Positions 61,900 to 64,000 of a DNA stretch of 64,000 nucleotides are shown in pieces. Location: NCBI GenBank assembly GCA_034520945.1, contig JAXHNB010000010.1:128001-192000 (forward strand), in the 5' to 3' direction. The stretch comes from Trueperaceae bacterium (GTDB taxonomy: Bacteria; Deinococcota; Deinococci; Deinococcales; Trueperaceae). The notes under the pieces were generated by a model. It saw only the letters and a program-made list of their open reading frames with translations. It ran no database searches and was not told the origin of the DNA. The stretch's first letter is position 1. Each line of letters starts with the position of its first letter. Made by a program: the position numbers and the translations under genes.

Positions 61900-62805
61900 T
61901 CACACCACCTGGGGTTCCGGTTGGAGCCGCAGACCGACGCGGTGGACGATCGCTTCCAGCTCCGCTTCGGTGCGGGCGTCCAGCGTCATGCCGGGCTTGC
62001 GAACGTGGGTGGTATCGATGATGCCGCGGCGCCGGTAGATGTGTTTGCGGAAGGCCAGTCCGATCTTCGGTTGGAACTCGTAGCGGATCAGCGGGCAGTA
62101 GCGATCGAACAGCTCCGTGGCCCGCGCTTCGTCGCCGCCGGCGAAGGCGCGATGAATGCCGACCAGCACTTCGGGGAATGCGAAGCCCGTCATGATGCCC
62201 TTCGCACCGCGCTGCAGCTCCTCGAGGAAGTACTCGCCGCCGAGGCCCCCGAACACGTCGATGGTGCCGGGCGCGAGTTCGAGGATCCGGCTCAGCTTCT
62301 GGAGAACGGGCGGGTCCTCCAGCTTGATCGCCTGGACGCCCTCCACCTCGTTGCCGAGCCGGGCGACCAGTTCGGCCGACAGCATCGTGCCGAACGAGGC
62401 GGGAAAGTCGTGGATGATGACGGGCACCTGAAGCGCGCCGGCCACGTCTTGATAGAAGTCGAACAACACGTCGTCGTTCTGCACGCCGATCGGCGCGACG
62501 AACACGGCGTCGGCGCCGAGTTCCTGGGCGGCCTTGCCCTGTTCGATGGCGCCGGCCGTGCCGAACGCGCGCACGCCTACCCAAACGTCGATGCGGCGGT
62601 CGGCCTGCTCGACTACGGTCCGCACCACCGCGCGGCGTTCGTCCTCGGCCAGTTTGTGCGCCTCGCCGAGGAAGCCGAGAATGGCGACGCCCTGGACGCC
62701 GGCGGCGACCTGAAAGTCGATCAGGCGGCGTAGGCTGGCCTCGTCGATGCGGCCATGGGCATCGAAGGGTGTGGGGAGAATGGGGTAGACACCTTGTGCG
62801 TTCAT
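61900..62805 (-). CDS. DHDPS-family aldolase-like protein
   Basis: PILPTPF, GFLGEAHKL, IKLED, MTGFAFPE. Confidence 0.9.
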   Translation of the reverse strand: MNAQGVYPILPTPFDAHGRIDEASLRRLIDFQVAAGVQGVAILGFLGEAHKLAEDERRAVVRTVVEQADRRIDVWVGVRAFGTAGAIEQGKAAQELGADAVFVAPIGVQNDDVLFDFYQDVAGALQVPVIIHDFPASFGTMLSAELVARLGNEVEGVQAIKLEDPPVLQKLSRILELAPGTIDVFGGLGGEYFLEELQRGAKGIMTGFAFPEVLVGIHRAFAGGDEARATELFDRYCPLIRYEFQPKIGLAFRKHIYRRRGIIDTTHVRKPGMTLDARTEAELEAIVHRVGLRLQPEPQVV

Positions 62806-62827
62806 GGGGTTCCTCCGGTAGGGGTCA

Positions 62828-63493
62828 TCAATGTGCCACCTTGCGTTCGAGTCGCGACAGGATCCGCACGAACGGCCACAGGAGCAAGAAGTACACCAGG
62901 GCCGCGACCATCAGCGGCGTGGGGTTGTAGACCAGGCCTTGCGCGAGGCGTGCGGTGCGAAGCAGTTCCGGCAACGCGACCACGGATGCGATCGAGGTGG
63001 CCTTGATCAGTTCCAGGGTGTTGGTCGCCAACGGCGGCAGCACGCTACGGATCGCCTGGGGGAGGATGACGAACAGTAGCGTCTGCGGCATGGCGAGCCC
63101 CGTGGAGCGTGCCGCCTCCCATTGGCCGCGGCCGATCGACTCGATCCCGGCGCGGAAGATCTCGCCGTAGTAACTCGAGCCGTTCAGGACCAGTGCAACC
63201 ACGACGGCCAGGAAACTGATCAGTTCGAGTCCCAGGAACGGCAACCCGAAGTAGATCAGGATCAGGAGCACCAGCGGCGGAAACGCCCGCAGCAGATCCA
63301 CGTACACGATCAGCAGCGGGTTTACGAAACGGAAGTGGAACGCGTACAGCGTCGCAATGCCCAATCCCAGCAACGTAGCTGCAGGCACGACGACGGCCAC
63401 CAGCTGGAGCGTCACCCACAGGCCACGCAATAGCAGCGGGTAGGTCTCCAGAAAGACCGGCACGTTGAAAAAGTTCTCTAGGATGGCTTCCAT
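62828..63493 (-). CDS. Polar amino acid ABC permease
   Basis: RAFPPLV, EIFRAGI, GQWEAARSTG, ILPQA, KATS. Confidence 0.93.
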   Translation of the reverse strand: MEAILENFFNVPVFLETYPLLLRGLWVTLQLVAVVVPAATLLGLGIATLYAFHFRFVNPLLIVYVDLLRAFPPLVLLILIYFGLPFLGLELISFLAVVVALVLNGSSYYGEIFRAGIESIGRGQWEAARSTGLAMPQTLLFVILPQAIRSVLPPLATNTLELIKATSIASVVALPELLRTARLAQGLVYNPTPLMVAALVYFLLLWPFVRILSRLERKVAH

Positions 63494-63503
63494 TCACTCC
63501 CCC

Positions 63504-64000
63504 TCAGCGACGCCCGTAGCGATGTTCCACCCAACGGCTGAAGCGCACGAAGGGGGCGAAGAGAACCAGATACAGAATCGCTCCCAGCATCAGCGGCGAG
63601 GGATTGGCGGCGGCGGACTGTGCACTGGTGGCGCGGTTGAGGATCTCTTGGACCGCGATCACCGTAGCGAGCGAGGTCCCTTTGGTGATGGCAATGGTGC
63701 GGTTGGTGAGCGGTGGGATGCCGAGACGAATGGCCTGTGGCAGGACCACGTGGCGCAGGGTTTGGATATAGGTCAGACCCGTGGAGCGGGCCGCCTCCCA
63801 GTGGCCACGAGCCACGGAGGTGATGCCCGCCCAGAAGATCTCTTCGGCAAACGCCATCAGCACGAGGGTCAGGCTCACGGTGGCCGACACGAACGACGAC
63901 ATCGTCAGCCCGGCATAGGGCAGCGCGAAGAAGACGAACACCATGATGACCAGGGGCGGAACGGCACGGAAGAGGTCCACGAAGAATATCAGGAGCCAGT
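63504..64000 (-). CDS. Polar amino acid ABC permease (5' end outside window)
   Basis: RAVPPLV, HWEAARSTG, VLPQA, KGTSL; the frame is open to the window edge. Confidence 0.9.
   Translation of the reverse strand, partial: WLLIFFVDLFRAVPPLVIMVFVFFALPYAGLTMSSFVSATVSLTLVLMAFAEEIFWAGITSVARGHWEAARSTGLTYIQTLRHVVLPQAIRLGIPPLTNRTIAITKGTSLATVIAVQEILNRATSAQSAAANPSPLMLGAILYLVLFAPFVRFSRWVEHRYGRR

Overview
High-GC bacterial window that is almost entirely protein-coding. Trueperaceae/Deinococcota-like origin is an inference from several leaderless TAnnnT-N6/7-start promoters, the lipoprotein types and the very acidic exported proteins. No rRNA, tRNA, CRISPR array or intact mobile element was recognised. Contents in order: TctABC + sugar-acid catabolic operon; DUF1538 pair + PII; copA with a CsoR-like operator, followed by a hidden decayed MerR operon (intact-looking 19-bp-spacer operator plus two gene remnants); a five-gene sulfur-relay operon (rhodanese, Tat beta-propeller with Cys-rich tail, membrane-anchored rhodanese lacking catalytic Cys, YeeE, TusA); a class Id-like ribonucleotide reductase under a cobalamin riboswitch and tandem NrdR-like boxes; three PKD/Ig-like lipoproteins; three GGDEF-EAL proteins with different catalytic states; an MFS + ATP-grasp pair; a ROK-regulated ABC/sulfatase/PfkB/GH4 locus; and a hydantoin racemase/carbamoylase/DHDPS-like/amino-acid ABC operon. 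Four genes carry small indel frameshifts that may be assembly errors. The best candidate for an undescribed system is the extended YeeE/TusA sulfur relay at 12.7-17.1 kb. All functional calls come from motif recognition only; no searches were run.
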